From Patescibacteria group bacterium (lineage in GTDB: Bacteria > Patescibacteriota > Patescibacteriia > UBA1558 > GWA2-36-10), in assembly GCA_041665545.1 (NCBI GenBank), contig JBAYIQ010000005.1, positions 1 through 58,197 of the forward strand: 58,197 bases of DNA, read 5' to 3'. Shown piece after piece: positions 26,482 through 39,300 of this stretch. Every line of letters starts with the position of its first letter. Positions within the stretch are counted from its first letter, which is position 1. The notes beneath the pieces are model-generated. The model was given only the letters and a program-made list of their open reading frames with translations. It was not told where the DNA came from and searched no databases. The position numbers and the translations under genes were made by a program.

Positions 26482-27219
26482 TTAATCAGGTTGAGCGACT
26501 CCCCCTAAATTAGCATGTAAATTCATAAAGTACTCGTGTACAACAATAATAGACACAAATACAGCAAAACGAAATATAAGATCAAATATTGAAAAATTAA
26601 CACCCGAAATATATATTGATAAAAATGATGTGCTCGGCCACAACCAATTATTATAAACAACTAACACCGCTTGCATAATAATAAATACTAAGGAAAAAAA
26701 AGCAGCAGTCGATAAAGATTGCTTTAACAAGTCTTTTTGCCAAGAAATAATAATTGCCGCTGGCAATATAAAAAAAGGAACAAAAATAAGATAACTGCTA
26801 AACTTAAAAAAATATGGATACGCAAAGCACAGGGCTAAAACAGTAATCAATAAAAAAATGTAAAGGGAAAATAAATAGTGAAAACGATCCGAAATATCAC
26901 CAACCTGCTCGTGTTTCACAAAATATTTATAAAAAGAAATGACCCATAAAACTGTAAAAAAAGTGAAAAGTAAATTTGTCATGGCCAAAGGAGCCGCTGG
27001 AATCCGCCAATCACCACTGCTAACAAAACGACTAGCCAGTGCTATCAAGGGAGTAATGAGCGCTGTTACAATCAAGGAAAACAAAAAAACCTTGGCGCGA
27101 GCAATGCTTAGCCAAAAAAAATTTACTAATGTCGGTGGTACAAGCACCAAAGCAACCGCCATGTAATAATTGAGATTAAAAAAGACAATGCCTATGGCCG
27201 CCACAATGGTATAGGCCAT
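26482..27219 (-). CDS. Hypothetical polytopic membrane protein (245 aa)
   Basis: Six-frame ORF with many hydrophobic helices. Confidence 0.45.
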   Translation of the reverse strand: MAYTIVAAIGIVFFNLNYYMAVALVLVPPTLVNFFWLSIARAKVFLFSLIVTALITPLIALASRFVSSGDWRIPAAPLAMTNLLFTFFTVLWVISFYKYFVKHEQVGDISDRFHYLFSLYIFLLITVLALCFAYPYFFKFSSYLIFVPFFILPAAIIISWQKDLLKQSLSTAAFFSLVFIIMQAVLVVYNNWLWPSTSFLSIYISGVNFSIFDLIFRFAVFVSIIVVHEYFMNLHANLGGVAQPD

Positions 27220-27292
27220 TAAACAACTAATTTTTACCGTTGCTTTATTAATGTTGATAATATTATTGAAAATTATTAATAAAATTTATTGA

Positions 27293-27805
27293 TCAAGAAA
27301 CTACACCACTCAGCAATCCTTTCAAAAAAACTGAATCAAAAATCGCGCTTGTTATATATATATTATAAATATAGTGCAAGAGCACGGCCCCCATCAGGCC
27401 AAAAACAACATATTTTCTTTTTTCTAACCCAGACATTACCATCAATAAAACAGTAGAAAAATGCATGGGTAGAGGCCATAAAAATCTGGCTAAAAAAAGA
27501 TCATAATCACCCGCTCTAATAAATCCTTCCAAATAAAAAATATTTTCCCAAATACCAAAAATTAGGCCAAAGAAAAAACCCATTAACATTTTTCGGTTCG
27601 AACCAACAAGCTTTAAAATAAAAAAATAAACCACCAAGACCTTGCCTAATTCCTCAAAAACTATTGACCACGAAGGTGCCATTTTCCCCAAAAAAATCAA
27701 CAAAAGCGGTAAAAATGTAGCAAAGATAATTATCAACAATAACGAATTTTTATCGCCATCACCCAGTATTCCTTCTTTGGCTACTTGATCATTTTTCATT
27801 ACCAA
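27293..27805 (-). CDS. PrsW-like intramembrane protease family protein
   Basis: EELGK (EExxK) motif, ENIFY, and conserved His in TM segments. Paralogous to 28854..29312. Confidence 0.5.
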   Translation of the reverse strand: MVMKNDQVAKEGILGDGDKNSLLLIIIFATFLPLLLIFLGKMAPSWSIVFEELGKVLVVYFFILKLVGSNRKMLMGFFFGLIFGIWENIFYLEGFIRAGDYDLFLARFLWPLPMHFSTVLLMVMSGLEKRKYVVFGLMGAVLLHYIYNIYITSAIFDSVFLKGLLSGVVS

Positions 27806-27826
27806 GTTTTTTTTAATAATAATATA

Positions 27827-28642
27827 TTATAGTATAGCACCAGGAGAAAAAACTACATACAAATATAGGCCAATAAATAAAATAGCATAAGCCAAGATAA
27901 TGGCCACATAGACCCAAGGTTTATAACCTTTGTGTTCCAGCTTGCTGTGGCCTTTGATTTTGAGTAGATTATTATATAACTGATAAGTATAGATGATAAT
28001 AAAAATACCAAAAAAGAAATCAAAAATAGAACTAACAAAATCTTGCAGTGCTTGATTTTTTATTATACTCATCAGCAAGCTGAATAAAAATAAAGGTACA
28101 AATAGGGCCAACAAACGCAAAGCCACTGCGCTCCAATAGCCCGTCACTAGCTCTTTGCTTCTTTTTACAGCTGTATAGCCGTGATAATTTTCCAAGAAAA
28201 ATACCCACATTACTAGTGAATAAAATATCAGAAAAATAAATCCGGGAACTACCAATAATATCAGCCACAACATAAGCATCAAGCCCGCCCAAAATAAAGT
28301 CAAGGAATAATTCCAAAAATATTTACCAGCTGATCGCCAAACATCTTTGACACTAGTTATATCTTTACTAACCATCAAATAAACGGCGATATTGATGCGA
28401 AAAGAAATATATAAAAGCGGTATGGCCATCAATAATGCTAGTAAAGTATTGATCACTGTAAAGTTAGGGTCATTTCTAAAAATAACAGCAATTATTGCTA
28501 ACAAAATAGCGACTAATAAGGATGGAAGAAGACCAAGCAAGGCCATTCGAATTATTGTCTTTATCTTTTCTTTGTACATTGCCCAAGAGCTTATAAACAG
28601 CTCATTGACTGGCAACAATGGTGTCATTTTTTCTGCGTCCAT
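27827..28642 (-). CDS. Hypothetical polytopic membrane protein (271 aa)
   Basis: Six-frame ORF. Confidence 0.45.
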   Translation of the reverse strand: MDAEKMTPLLPVNELFISSWAMYKEKIKTIIRMALLGLLPSLLVAILLAIIAVIFRNDPNFTVINTLLALLMAIPLLYISFRINIAVYLMVSKDITSVKDVWRSAGKYFWNYSLTLFWAGLMLMLWLILLVVPGFIFLIFYSLVMWVFFLENYHGYTAVKRSKELVTGYWSAVALRLLALFVPLFLFSLLMSIIKNQALQDFVSSIFDFFFGIFIIIYTYQLYNNLLKIKGHSKLEHKGYKPWVYVAIILAYAILFIGLYLYVVFSPGAIL

Positions 28643-28647
28643 AAAAT

Positions 28648-28824
28648 TTATTTATTATTGCAAGGTGTTGTTGGCTGAGAAGCACTCGGATTGCCGTGTT
28701 TAACCCACTGGCCTTTGGTACAAAGCCAAGTGTCCTCATCGCCACGCAACCACATCAAACCAGCTAACAAAAAAGCGGCCACTAAAAAAATGATAATAAT
28801 GATAAAAAATTTTGGTGGTTTCAT
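28648..28824 (-). CDS. Possible small secreted/membrane protein (58 aa), not in the ORF table
   Basis: Read by hand: MKPPKFFIIIIIFLVAAFLLAGLMWLRGDEDTWLCTKGQWVKHGNPSASQPTTPCNNK. Confidence 0.3.
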   Translation of the reverse strand: MKPPKFFIIIIIFLVAAFLLAGLMWLRGDEDTWLCTKGQWVKHGNPSASQPTTPCNNK

Positions 28825-28853
28825 ATAATGTTAATTAAATTTATTTGACCAAA

Positions 28854-29312
28854 TTAAAGCCAAAAAACAAAATAATTATTATAAAAAAAGTGAATCGCCA
28901 TAGTAATTATCATTGCTATTATAATCCAACGCCTATCGCGCCAAGCCAGCAATAACATAAAATAAACCGTCAGCAGATGCATCAAAGTCGGCCAGAAAAA
29001 ACGCCATAAATATAAACTAACAGAATTTTGTTGGGCAAAGTTTAAAAAATAAAAAATGTTTTCGGACATGGCAAAAACTAAAACAAAAACTAAAGCGCCC
29101 CAAACTCTCTGTCCTCCTTGACCAAATTTTAATACCATATAAACCACTACCAAACCCTTAGCGACTTCTTCAATTAATGCTGGATAAGGTAATAGTATCT
29201 TTTCAACAAACAATAATAACAAGGGTAATAATAAGCCAATCAATGCTAAAAAAGTAAAATAACGACTATTGTCTAGGGGCTCTGTTACTAACTTTTTTGT
29301 TACTGTCACCAT
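28854..29312 (-). CDS. PrsW-like intramembrane protease family protein
   Basis: IEEVAKG (EExxK) motif, ENIFYFLNF, and His in the last TM. Confidence 0.5.
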   Translation of the reverse strand: MVTVTKKLVTEPLDNSRYFTFLALIGLLLPLLLLFVEKILLPYPALIEEVAKGLVVVYMVLKFGQGGQRVWGALVFVLVFAMSENIFYFLNFAQQNSVSLYLWRFFWPTLMHLLTVYFMLLLAWRDRRWIIIAMIITMAIHFFYNNYFVFWL

Positions 29313-29317
29313 GCTTA

Positions 29318-30313
29318 TTAATTACTCTGACTTTTGTTATTGACAAAATTATAAGTGTCCTTAGAAATTAAAGAAATCAAATCTTTGGCTTTGGCTAACT
29401 CAATATTGGAAGTCATGACGCAAATAAAATATGGATTAACCGCATGATAAACAACGCCACAGTCGTGCAAAGCATCCAATCTTTCCCCATATTTATGAGC
29501 TATCTGGACTTCCCAGGGAATCTTGGCTGACAACAAACTTTCTGCTCTAGTATCGGTTGTTAAAGACAATAAATATTCTGAATTATCTGGTGTTAAAAAA
29601 GTGGAATAATATAAAGACTTAAATAATCGGCTATACTCGCGCGGAGTAACATATTGATTGGAATTTTCTGAGATATATGGATTATTGATACCGACATGAG
29701 TAAAGACGGCGTTTAACTCCTCTGGTTGCAATTGCCTTTTCAAAATATTTTTAGCCGTGTTGTCAGATACCTTGAGCATCAGTTTCAACAACTCACTGAC
29801 TGTATAAGATTCATTAACAGTGAAGCGCTCTGGCACGCCAGCGCTTTTGTCAATATCTTCCGCCTTAACCGGCAACTTGTCATCCAAGTTAAGTTGTTTG
29901 TTCTCAATTTTTTTCATGACAGACATGGCAATGGGAATCTTCAATAAGCTAGCTGGAAAAAAATTATCTTTTTCATTGATACCCATCCACGAGCCAGTGT
30001 TGATATCTTGAATATAAATACCTAATTTTTGACTGGGACTCAAAATACTTAAATTTTTCTCCAACTGACTTTTTAAGTCAACAAAATGCAACAATATTTT
30101 ATCTGTCTCTATATTACTATCGATTGGCACCAGCTCAATTTTTTTACTAAGCAAACTATGACTAGCTAACCATTCAGTATTTTTTTTATCTAGTTCAGTT
30201 ATTTTGCTACCACTTTTATAATTGAAAAAAAATAAAATATTAGCTAAAAAAGATAACACCAAAAGCGCAATCAATATGTAAATTTTCTTAACCATAATTT
30301 TTTTCATTAACAA
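29318..30313 (-). CDS. Class A beta-lactamase-like serine hydrolase (secreted)
   Basis: SxxK (SLLK), SDN (SDNTAKN) and K(T/Y)G-like (HKYGE) motifs. Signal/TM at the N-terminus. The start lies 6 nt after the giant-gene stop. Confidence 0.65.
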   Translation of the reverse strand: MLMKKIMVKKIYILIALLVLSFLANILFFFNYKSGSKITELDKKNTEWLASHSLLSKKIELVPIDSNIETDKILLHFVDLKSQLEKNLSILSPSQKLGIYIQDINTGSWMGINEKDNFFPASLLKIPIAMSVMKKIENKQLNLDDKLPVKAEDIDKSAGVPERFTVNESYTVSELLKLMLKVSDNTAKNILKRQLQPEELNAVFTHVGINNPYISENSNQYVTPREYSRLFKSLYYSTFLTPDNSEYLLSLTTDTRAESLLSAKIPWEVQIAHKYGERLDALHDCGVVYHAVNPYFICVMTSNIELAKAKDLISLISKDTYNFVNNKSQSN

Positions 30314-33300
30314 CTATTTTAGTTCTTCAGCATATTCAGCAAACACCCAGCCAACTTTATTTTCAGTTAAAGCTATTTGATACCAGCCAAATTTTTCTAA
30401 ACCCTGAGCCGCCACTTGACTAAGCAAGTCGTATTTTTCTCCGGCACTTACTTTGGCCACAACGGCTGTTTCTTTGGAAGCTTCCTGCCTGACATTGAGC
30501 CAACCAGTTGGTGTATCTTTAATAATAACTTGTTTCTTCATTAAAATATCTTCCGTAGCGGGTACTGTGCTACTAGAAGTGGAACTGGCACTTTCTGAAC
30601 CAAAACTAAAAGCCATATTATTATCAGCTAAAACAGGAATATTATCAAGCTTATTGACGTCAGTTTCAGAGGCGACGGTCACATTGTTGGCTGACCTAAG
30701 TTCGTCAGTCTTAATATATTTTGATAAATTTTGTCTAATATTAGCCAAAATACCATATTTATCAACTAACAAATACAAAACTATAAAAATCAAAACAAAA
30801 GTAATAAGCCAGACTTTATTTTGTCTGATATTTTTGAACAAGCGAGTAAAAAATTGCTTAATATAGATTAAAAAACTTGTCGATACTTTGGCCTTTGCTT
30901 CGACGCTAGCTATATTGGCTGGACTATTTTTGCTAACTGCTGCTTTCTTCTTTTTTCTGCGCCCACCAGAGGAATTCATTTTTTCCATATCAAGCGGCTT
31001 GCCAGTCAAAATATGCGACTGCAAGGCCATCTGACCATTGGCTATGGCTACTTGATGCTTCCACATGGAGAACAAGATGGTCACTAACAAACCAAAGCCG
31101 GTGACAAAAGCAATAATGATCCCCCACACCGAAATGGTCTGTATACCACCCAAGGCTCCCAAAAATCCGCGAGAGGCATCAGCTTGGCTCAATAGTGACT
31201 TCAATTCATCCAATTCTGTCTGCACACTAATAAAACTTTCTTTATTTTCTCGATAAGTCATAATTTTATCTTGCGGGGAGGCAGTATTTTCTTTTTGAGT
31301 ACGCAGAATTTTTTCTACTTTGCTATCAATATCATTTTTGAGTAATAAAGCTTGAGAAGAAAGTTGATTTTTTTCTAATTTCTTATAAAAATCATTGGCC
31401 TGCGTCTTGGCTATAGTCAAATCATTTTCAGCAATCTGCCAAATATCTCGCATTTTAATAAATTTTTTGACCGAAGCACCCGGAGCCAATTCAATCTCGC
31501 CAGCCGCATACAAAGTATCTAGCTGAACATCGTACTGAATATTGAAACCGCCATCATCCATAATGTGCTCTACTTTAGCTTCCTTTGGAAGATAAATCTT
31601 GAATGGCACTTTTTGAGCAGTCTTGGCTGGATTGGAAAGCATGATGTTCAAATCCACTGAACCAGAGGTGTACCAAGTGCTGACTATCGGAGCCGTGGCC
31701 TGCTGAACCACTTGACGCTGAACAGTGGTGACGGCTTTGTAGTCGGCTAATTTATTACGCACATATTTTATATCCGTCATATTCTCCTGCGAGATGGACA
31801 GTATTGAACTCAAAGTATCGCTATCCAGACGGCCCAGTTTGGTATTGATGTTCTGAATGGAGTTGGAGATGGTACCCATGGCTGTGAACATCTCCTCGGG
31901 CTTCACATTGTAAACATTGGTATTGTTGGTGGTACTACTGCCGGAGCCAACTTCAATATTATCAATACTTGTTTCTAGAGTAGCGATGCTAGCTTCAATA
32001 TTATCTAGTTGAGTTTTGATTAAAGCAATATCTGCCTTGATCAAAGTCACGTCGTCCTTGATGCCAGCCACATCGGACTGGATGGTGCTGATCTTAGTCA
32101 CTGGTACGGCTAATGTTTTTAAAATAGTAAAAGCGTCACTGCTAGCTGGCGCAAAGGGAAGATCTGGTTCTACTGTAATGGCTTTGGTTGTACCATTATA
32201 ATCATCTATTCTTCTGGCTACACCACTGTTTTGGCCAGAAGTAAAAGTCAGCAGTGCGTGAGCATATAAATCATTGACAGCGCTGGTAAGATTTGTGCCA
32301 AATAAAGAAATTGTCGGGCTAACTTCGGCTGTAGAAACAGCGGAGCGAATGGCAATCAAATCATTGGACAACAAATCAACTGAGTTACTCACCGCGTCTA
32401 TACTATTACCCAGTGTCGTTTCAGTGGACTGCAAATCAGATAATGTGGCTAGCGACCCACTGTCTAAATCCGCTCCTGATAAATAACGACCACTGTAGGC
32501 CCAAATAGAAGCCGCGTCCAAAGTAGCAGTATTTGAAGTCTGGGCCAAAATAGTAAAGGTGTCAGCATTGGCAGGAGCCAGAGCCAAAGCAGGATCGACC
32601 GTGATCGCCTTGGTGGTGCCATTGTAGCCCATAATCCTTCTCGCCTGACCAATATTTAAACCCGAGGTGAACAATAAGATATTATTTTTATAAAAATCAT
32701 TAGTGGCATTAGTCAAGGCAGTAGCAAATACTGTGGTTGATGGCGCCAAATCATTCACTGAAGTTTCCGAAACAATCAAGGCATTGATAATTTTATCTAG
32801 CTTAGTGCTGTTGACGCTAATAGCACTAGCCAAAACTGTTTCCGTATCTTGAATATCTGACAAAGTAGCTAAAGAACCAGAGTCTAAAGTGGCACCTGAT
32901 AAATACCTGTCGCCATAGGTCCAGATAGCGGCCGCATCAACTGCCGAGTTGGCTGTCTGCGCTAAAATAGTAAAGGTATCGGCATTAACCGGAGCTAAAG
33001 ATAAAGCTGGCGAAACAGTAACCTGTTTGCTAGCCCCGACATAATCGGTAATACGACGCGCTTGACCAGCGTTGACGCCAGAAGTAAAAACCAAGACACC
33101 GTTGTTATAAAAATCATTACTGTTGCTGGTCAAAGTTGTAATAAATTGATTATCTGAAGCGCCGGCATCATTGACCACTTTTTGTTCCACTATTAAATTA
33201 TTAATCAGCGTATTTAATTGTCCGCTCAAAGTACTTTCGGTAGATTGTATATTTGACAAAGTGGCTAAAGATCCGGAGTCTAAAGCGGCGCCTGACAAAT

Positions 33301-36300
33301 AGCGACCATCGTAGGCCCAAATAGCGGCTGCATCAAGTGAGGCATTGGCGGTTGAGGCCAAAATAGTAAAAGTATCACTGCTAGATGGAGCAACCGACAG
33401 AGCCGGAGTAATAGTCAATTTTTTGGTAGCGCCAACATAATTGCTAATGCGTCTAACCTGACCAGCATTGGATCCAGAGGTAAATACCAAAACACCGTCA
33501 TTATAAAAATCATCATTGGCATTGGTCAGGGTGGTAATAAATTCTGTGGTTGAGGGACTTGGGTCATCAACGGCTTTTTGGGCGACCAATAAATTATTTA
33601 TCAAATTGCTTAAACTATTGGCAACCGCTGTCACCTCAGCTGATGAAGCGCGAGAAGAAATAGTAGTATCAATATTGGTTTTTAATAAAGAGCCAATGCT
33701 ATTGATAGTCGTGATTGAGGTCAAAAGTGTATCCCAAACTCGTTGTGCCGTCAGATCGCCAGATGTTAGGGTGCGAGTTTCATAAGTCCAAATTTCAAGA
33801 GCTAAAGCGGCTAAACCATCATTCTCAATACTAGTAATTGTCCTGGTGCCCTCACTCCAAACATCTGATGCCGTCAAATTACTAGTGCCACGAGAAGAAA
33901 TAGTAGCATTCAAATTATCAACTATCAGTTTGCCAATAGAACCACCCGTAGAAAGCAAAGCTGATGCTATATTCCAGACTTGAGCTGGATCAGATAAGGT
34001 GACTCCACCACTCAAACTGCGGCCACCAGCTGACCAGACATCAGCCGCTGAAATATTATTTAAGGCCTGTATGTCAGCCAAAGTAGCCAAGGAGCCACTA
34101 TTCAAAGTAGCGTCAGTCAAACGACGAACATTGTACTCCCATATTTCTTGGGCAGTCGCCCCGCCACCGCCAGTAGCGCTAGAATAATAACTTAAAATAA
34201 TAAATTCATCATTGAAAGCTGGCGCATAAGGCATGGCCGCATCCACCGTAATTGCTTTGGTGGCGCCATTGTAGCTAGAAATTCTACGGGCAATACCAGC
34301 ATTCTGGCCACTCATCATAACCACCATTTGATTTTGATAAAAATTAGAAGTGGCTTGTGTCATGTCTGTCACAAAGACAGTGGCTGAAGCGGCCACATCA
34401 TTGACCAAGCCCCGCTTGATGGCCAAGCGATCATTTAAAAGTTGCCCAAAAGATCCATCAATATCAGCAAATGACCCCACTTGTGCTCCCCAAATACTAG
34501 TAGCCGTCAAGCCAGTTGACAACCACGGCACCACTGGTTGACCAGAAGAATGAAAATCCAAAGTACCAGTATCTACTGTACCCGATAAAACAGCCATATC
34601 ATCTATGTACACCGATGGCTGTCTAAAAATAATATAATCACCCATCGTGGCATTGGTCAGAGTGGTACTTAAAAGATGTGGCACTACTCCACTACCCTTC
34701 AAATACAATAACTGGGCAGTATTTTTTACAATATCAAATATCTTACCATTAGCGTCTTTAAATTTATAGCCGACCCATTGATTGGTGGTCCAACTTTTAT
34801 CAACATCCTCAACAATGATTGGCAAATAATTACCCAAGGAATCATCGATAATTTCACTGGTGCCAGAATCAGCGGCCACAAAAGCTGACTGCACGGAAAA
34901 TTTTATATCGGCAATAGCTGACTCTGTAGGCGTACCAGACACCACAAACTGTTGCCAATCATTAGCCGTGTCTTGTGCTGTCCAAGTAAGGTTGGCACCA
35001 GTCATACCCAGACCAGATAAGGTAACTGTCGGTAAATTAGTAGACCCATAATAACTATTGATATTCATATAGCCCGTAATGGCTAGTGGCTGGTTAGCCA
35101 CACCAATGACTTTGGCTGTATATTCAAGTGGCGCATCAGGATTCAGCGAATCCAGACGCCACGCATAACCACTAGCTGTGTGAGCAGTGGAATCATTGAG
35201 ACCTAACCCGGAAGTTCGCATATTACCAAAAGTGGTAAAATTAACTATGTCTTTAGTCGAGCTAGAATAATTGCCGCGAATATCAGCTCCGGGGATAGTC
35301 AGACCATAAAAATGTTCTGGTATCCTAGACATATTATTATAATCGGCCATGCCAAACAAAACCGGACTTAATAATTGAGTATTAGAGCCGGTAAATTGCA
35401 TCAATGATTCTGCTTCAAAAGTAGTGGTATTAGCTGGTATACTAATATCTGCCTCATTCCAAGAACCACGACCAAAAATACTACCACTATCCATAATACC
35501 CACATTGGCCGTGGTTTGGGCCACGCTGATTCCTGCGCCATATCCAGCTTGATTTAAGGTGACAGTATCCGAGACCGAGCCATCAAAAACATTATCAGAC
35601 ATCGTGAGGAAAGAATTACCATTGAGCCGTATACCAAAATTATTTACTGAAAAAATATTGTTAGCGATAGTCATTTTGGCTACGCCACTATTTAAATTAA
35701 CTGCTCCGCTAGTAATACCCGTCACACCATTATTATAAAACTGGCTATTAGCAATAGTGTACAAACGTCCAGACACAAAAGAAGCCGCACCATTAGCCGA
35801 GGTCAAAGCCGCATTAGTGTTGCGACATCCCATAAATATACTGCCATCAATGCCAACGTTTTGTGAAGCTGTAGCATTATAACCAGTGCCTAAAGTAGTG
35901 GCGCCAAAGTTGGTGGTCACAAAATATGCTCCCACAGTATTAGTGCCTTGAGTTTTGGCTGATACCGTATAAGCACGATCATAATAATTATAAAATACTG
36001 ACTTACTGACTGTCTGTGTTGGTTTGACCAATGTGGAAGTATAAGGATTGTTCATTATAGAAAAATTACTATACTGATTCTCAGTAGAAAGATGACTAAC
36101 GTTCAGATTCGCTAAACCTGACAAACCCACAGCTACTGTACCAAAAGCATTGCCCATGTGTATGGGCGTGGCCACTGTGGCACCGGTAGCATTTATTTCC
36201 TCATCCGACCACATGTGTATACTACGCTTGAGATTCAACACTGGCGAATTGTAAGGAGCTGAAGTAGAGTCCCGCTTGGCCTTGTGATGGAAAGTAAAAT

Positions 36301-39300
36301 TATTTGACCAGCCAGCCAAAGTGGCCGCTGTACCATTTTCTAGAAAACCAGAACCAAACTTTATCCTAGCTGATGGTGTGTATTTTTCTCCAGTATTATC
36401 CACCCATATTCTTGTGCGATCCGGATAGGTCACAACTCTTATTCTATCATTGCCCGTATCAGCACCGTTGGTAAAAATCATGGCTGGATTGCCATAGGCA
36501 TAGTCTGCCCAAACAAAACCCTCTTGAGGATTCATGGCCGCGTCAAAACTAGCGCGAAAAATATTAATACCAGTACTAGTCGCGTAGCCAGTACCGACAG
36601 TCTCACCTCCCACCCAAGCGCTGGTTGGTGGTGTAAAGTTACCCCAGTCAGTGGCCGAAGTACTGATAGAATTATCAAAAATCGCAAACTCATCCAAAGC
36701 GCCATCAAAAGGCGCAGCAAAATCATAACGATTACCGAGCTTAATCAAACCAGCGTTTATACCTCTAGTACCGACAGCCGACCCCTGACCAATGGTAAAG
36801 GCCGTGCCATTCAACCAAGCTCTTTTGGCGTTAGCTGTTTCATCCCAAGCCAAACGAAAATGATACCAAGTACCAGCGGTAGCTGAAAATGCTTGCCTTA
36901 ACAAGGTACCTTGAGCAGCGGCGGCATACAGGCCAACTTCCAAGAAACCTTCTGGGGTAGAACTGGAAGTATTTATGTGCCTGATAAATAAACGATCAGT
37001 ATCTATCTGAGCAACATTGGCTTGATCAAGCAAATACATACCATAAGGATGCGTGCTAGTAGCTGGATAACCGTTATAAGAGGGCTTGAACCAAAAATCA
37101 ATTGTGCCATTTTGTCTGGTGGTAATTGTGCCACTTTGGGCCTCAATATTATACCTAGTTGGCACCGCGCTACCAGTCAAAGTAAATGCTGGAGCTATCA
37201 TCACCGCGCTACCTATGCCATTCTGACCAGTCCAAGAACCAGTATTGCGTCGCATGTTATCCTGCAAGAGCAATTGACGCGCGCCAAATTTTGGTCCAGT
37301 CGGTGTGCCAGAATTTATACGCAAAGAGATTTCACTATTTGGCGATGTATAGGTACTACCTGCCGTAGCCGTACCAGCAGCACCAGTAGCACTACCAGTG
37401 ACATCATATTTACCACTAGTAGGGTTCCATTCGAAATCCCAAACTTCATATTTGGTATTGACACCAGTAGTAATTGGCACGCTACTATCAAGACCAAAAC
37501 TATTTCTAATAGCCGTAGAACCAATATATATCTTATCCCCTATTTCCGGATTTACTACGCCATTCCAACCACCTTTGTGTTTGATAATAAAATTAAGATA
37601 ACTGCTAGTAAAAGGAACACTCGGATAAGCCGTGCCTATCAGACCAGCACTTTCTCCGGTCACTCGCCAAGAACCAGTATTATTAAAATTATCAGAAAAA
37701 CCAAGGTCCGTGCTTAAATTATCAAATTTTACTTTATTACCCACACCAGCCGAACCAGCACCAGCATAAACACCAAAGCGACCACCTGCGTAGGTGGCAT
37801 TCGTCTGAGAAGTATCCCACGACCCTTCGGTCGGATCAGTATCACAATCTGTGGTAGCCCAAAACTTAGCATTGAGAGTGGTGCCTACGGCCTGCGCTTT
37901 GAGACAATACCAAGCAGAAGTGGCAAAGGCCTTGGAAAAAGCTGAGCCAATTACTGTCGGCACACCTGCCAAGGTAGTATATAAACCAATGGTATTGACT
38001 GCGTTAGTTTTGTTAATCAAAGCGGCATAGCCATTACCATCAATACTTTGCCTAAAAGTAAGACCTAATTTCCTATTACTACCGTCTTCCACATTATCCA
38101 TATACACCAATGCTTTGATGGTATAATCGCCATCACTCAAACTTCCATAGCTATTATGCAAAGCTATGTTGGCTTGATTTGTTTCATTGATATTTAATGT
38201 CCCGTCACTGATGTGCCAAATATAAGGAGCCGACGGCAAAACATTTACTGTACTGGCCATTCTTTGCACCTCTACCCAACCTGGGGAATTACCATATTCC
38301 AACATATACTGCTCATTGGGATTATAGGTGGCTCCTGGTGTCACAGCGCCAATCTTGGCTTCTTGCACGCCAGAAGACACGGTGATGGCTCCAGAGGAAA
38401 GTCTCTCAATACCACTCATGCCCATAGGAGTGGTCTGGTTGGTCGGAGAGGTGGTCCAAGAACTGACTGAATCAACTTTTAATCTAACCCAATAAGCATT
38501 AACTCCATTAACAGTTGTCTTGGCCGGAGTGCCAGTCAAATCATTTGGTGTCCAGGATAAAATACGACGATTGTTAGTAGCGCCATTTTCCGTCAAAAAA
38601 TTACTAGGATTAAAAGACTTCCATTGCCCGCCATTCAATCGGCTGATTGTTGCTGTTTGATCCGTGGTATAGCCCAAGGGCACCGGCTCGGTAAAGGTAA
38701 TAACGCCAGCGGCGATTACGCTAATGCGTCGATAAATAGGATCAGAATTATTATCGTCAATCATCACTACTTGATCAACACCAAAGTTAGCTTGATTGCC
38801 AGAGGTCACTGACACAGTATAAGAATTTATAGTTGTATTGGCTGACAATGGCACGGAATGTCCGGTACGCATTTGGTATTTATAAGCATCGCGGGGTGTA
38901 AAAGATGTCCAGCCAGCGCCATTATAAAATTGCCATGACAAGGAAGCGCTAGCATCCATGGCTACACCCATATTCAACTCCAAAGAATAAATCATGTTAC
39001 TACCTTGATCGCCAAAATATATAGCATCATCAGCCTCTACTGTTGGATTGGCCCCATCCACAAACATGGTCCAAGCTGATGTAGTAGCATAGTTTCCAGA
39101 AAAACCACTTGTACCATTATTATTATAAATATCAGTCAGGGGTATGGTGCCAATTTCTGCCACTTCCATATTTGGTGTGGGCAAAGAATTACGTCCACCA
39201 GCGGTAGCTAGTCCTGTCCAAACTGGAAACTGATTACCATCATCATTGGCTCCCATCCGTAAAGATGAAAAATTGTTATCAACTGCTTGGTTGGTAGCGC

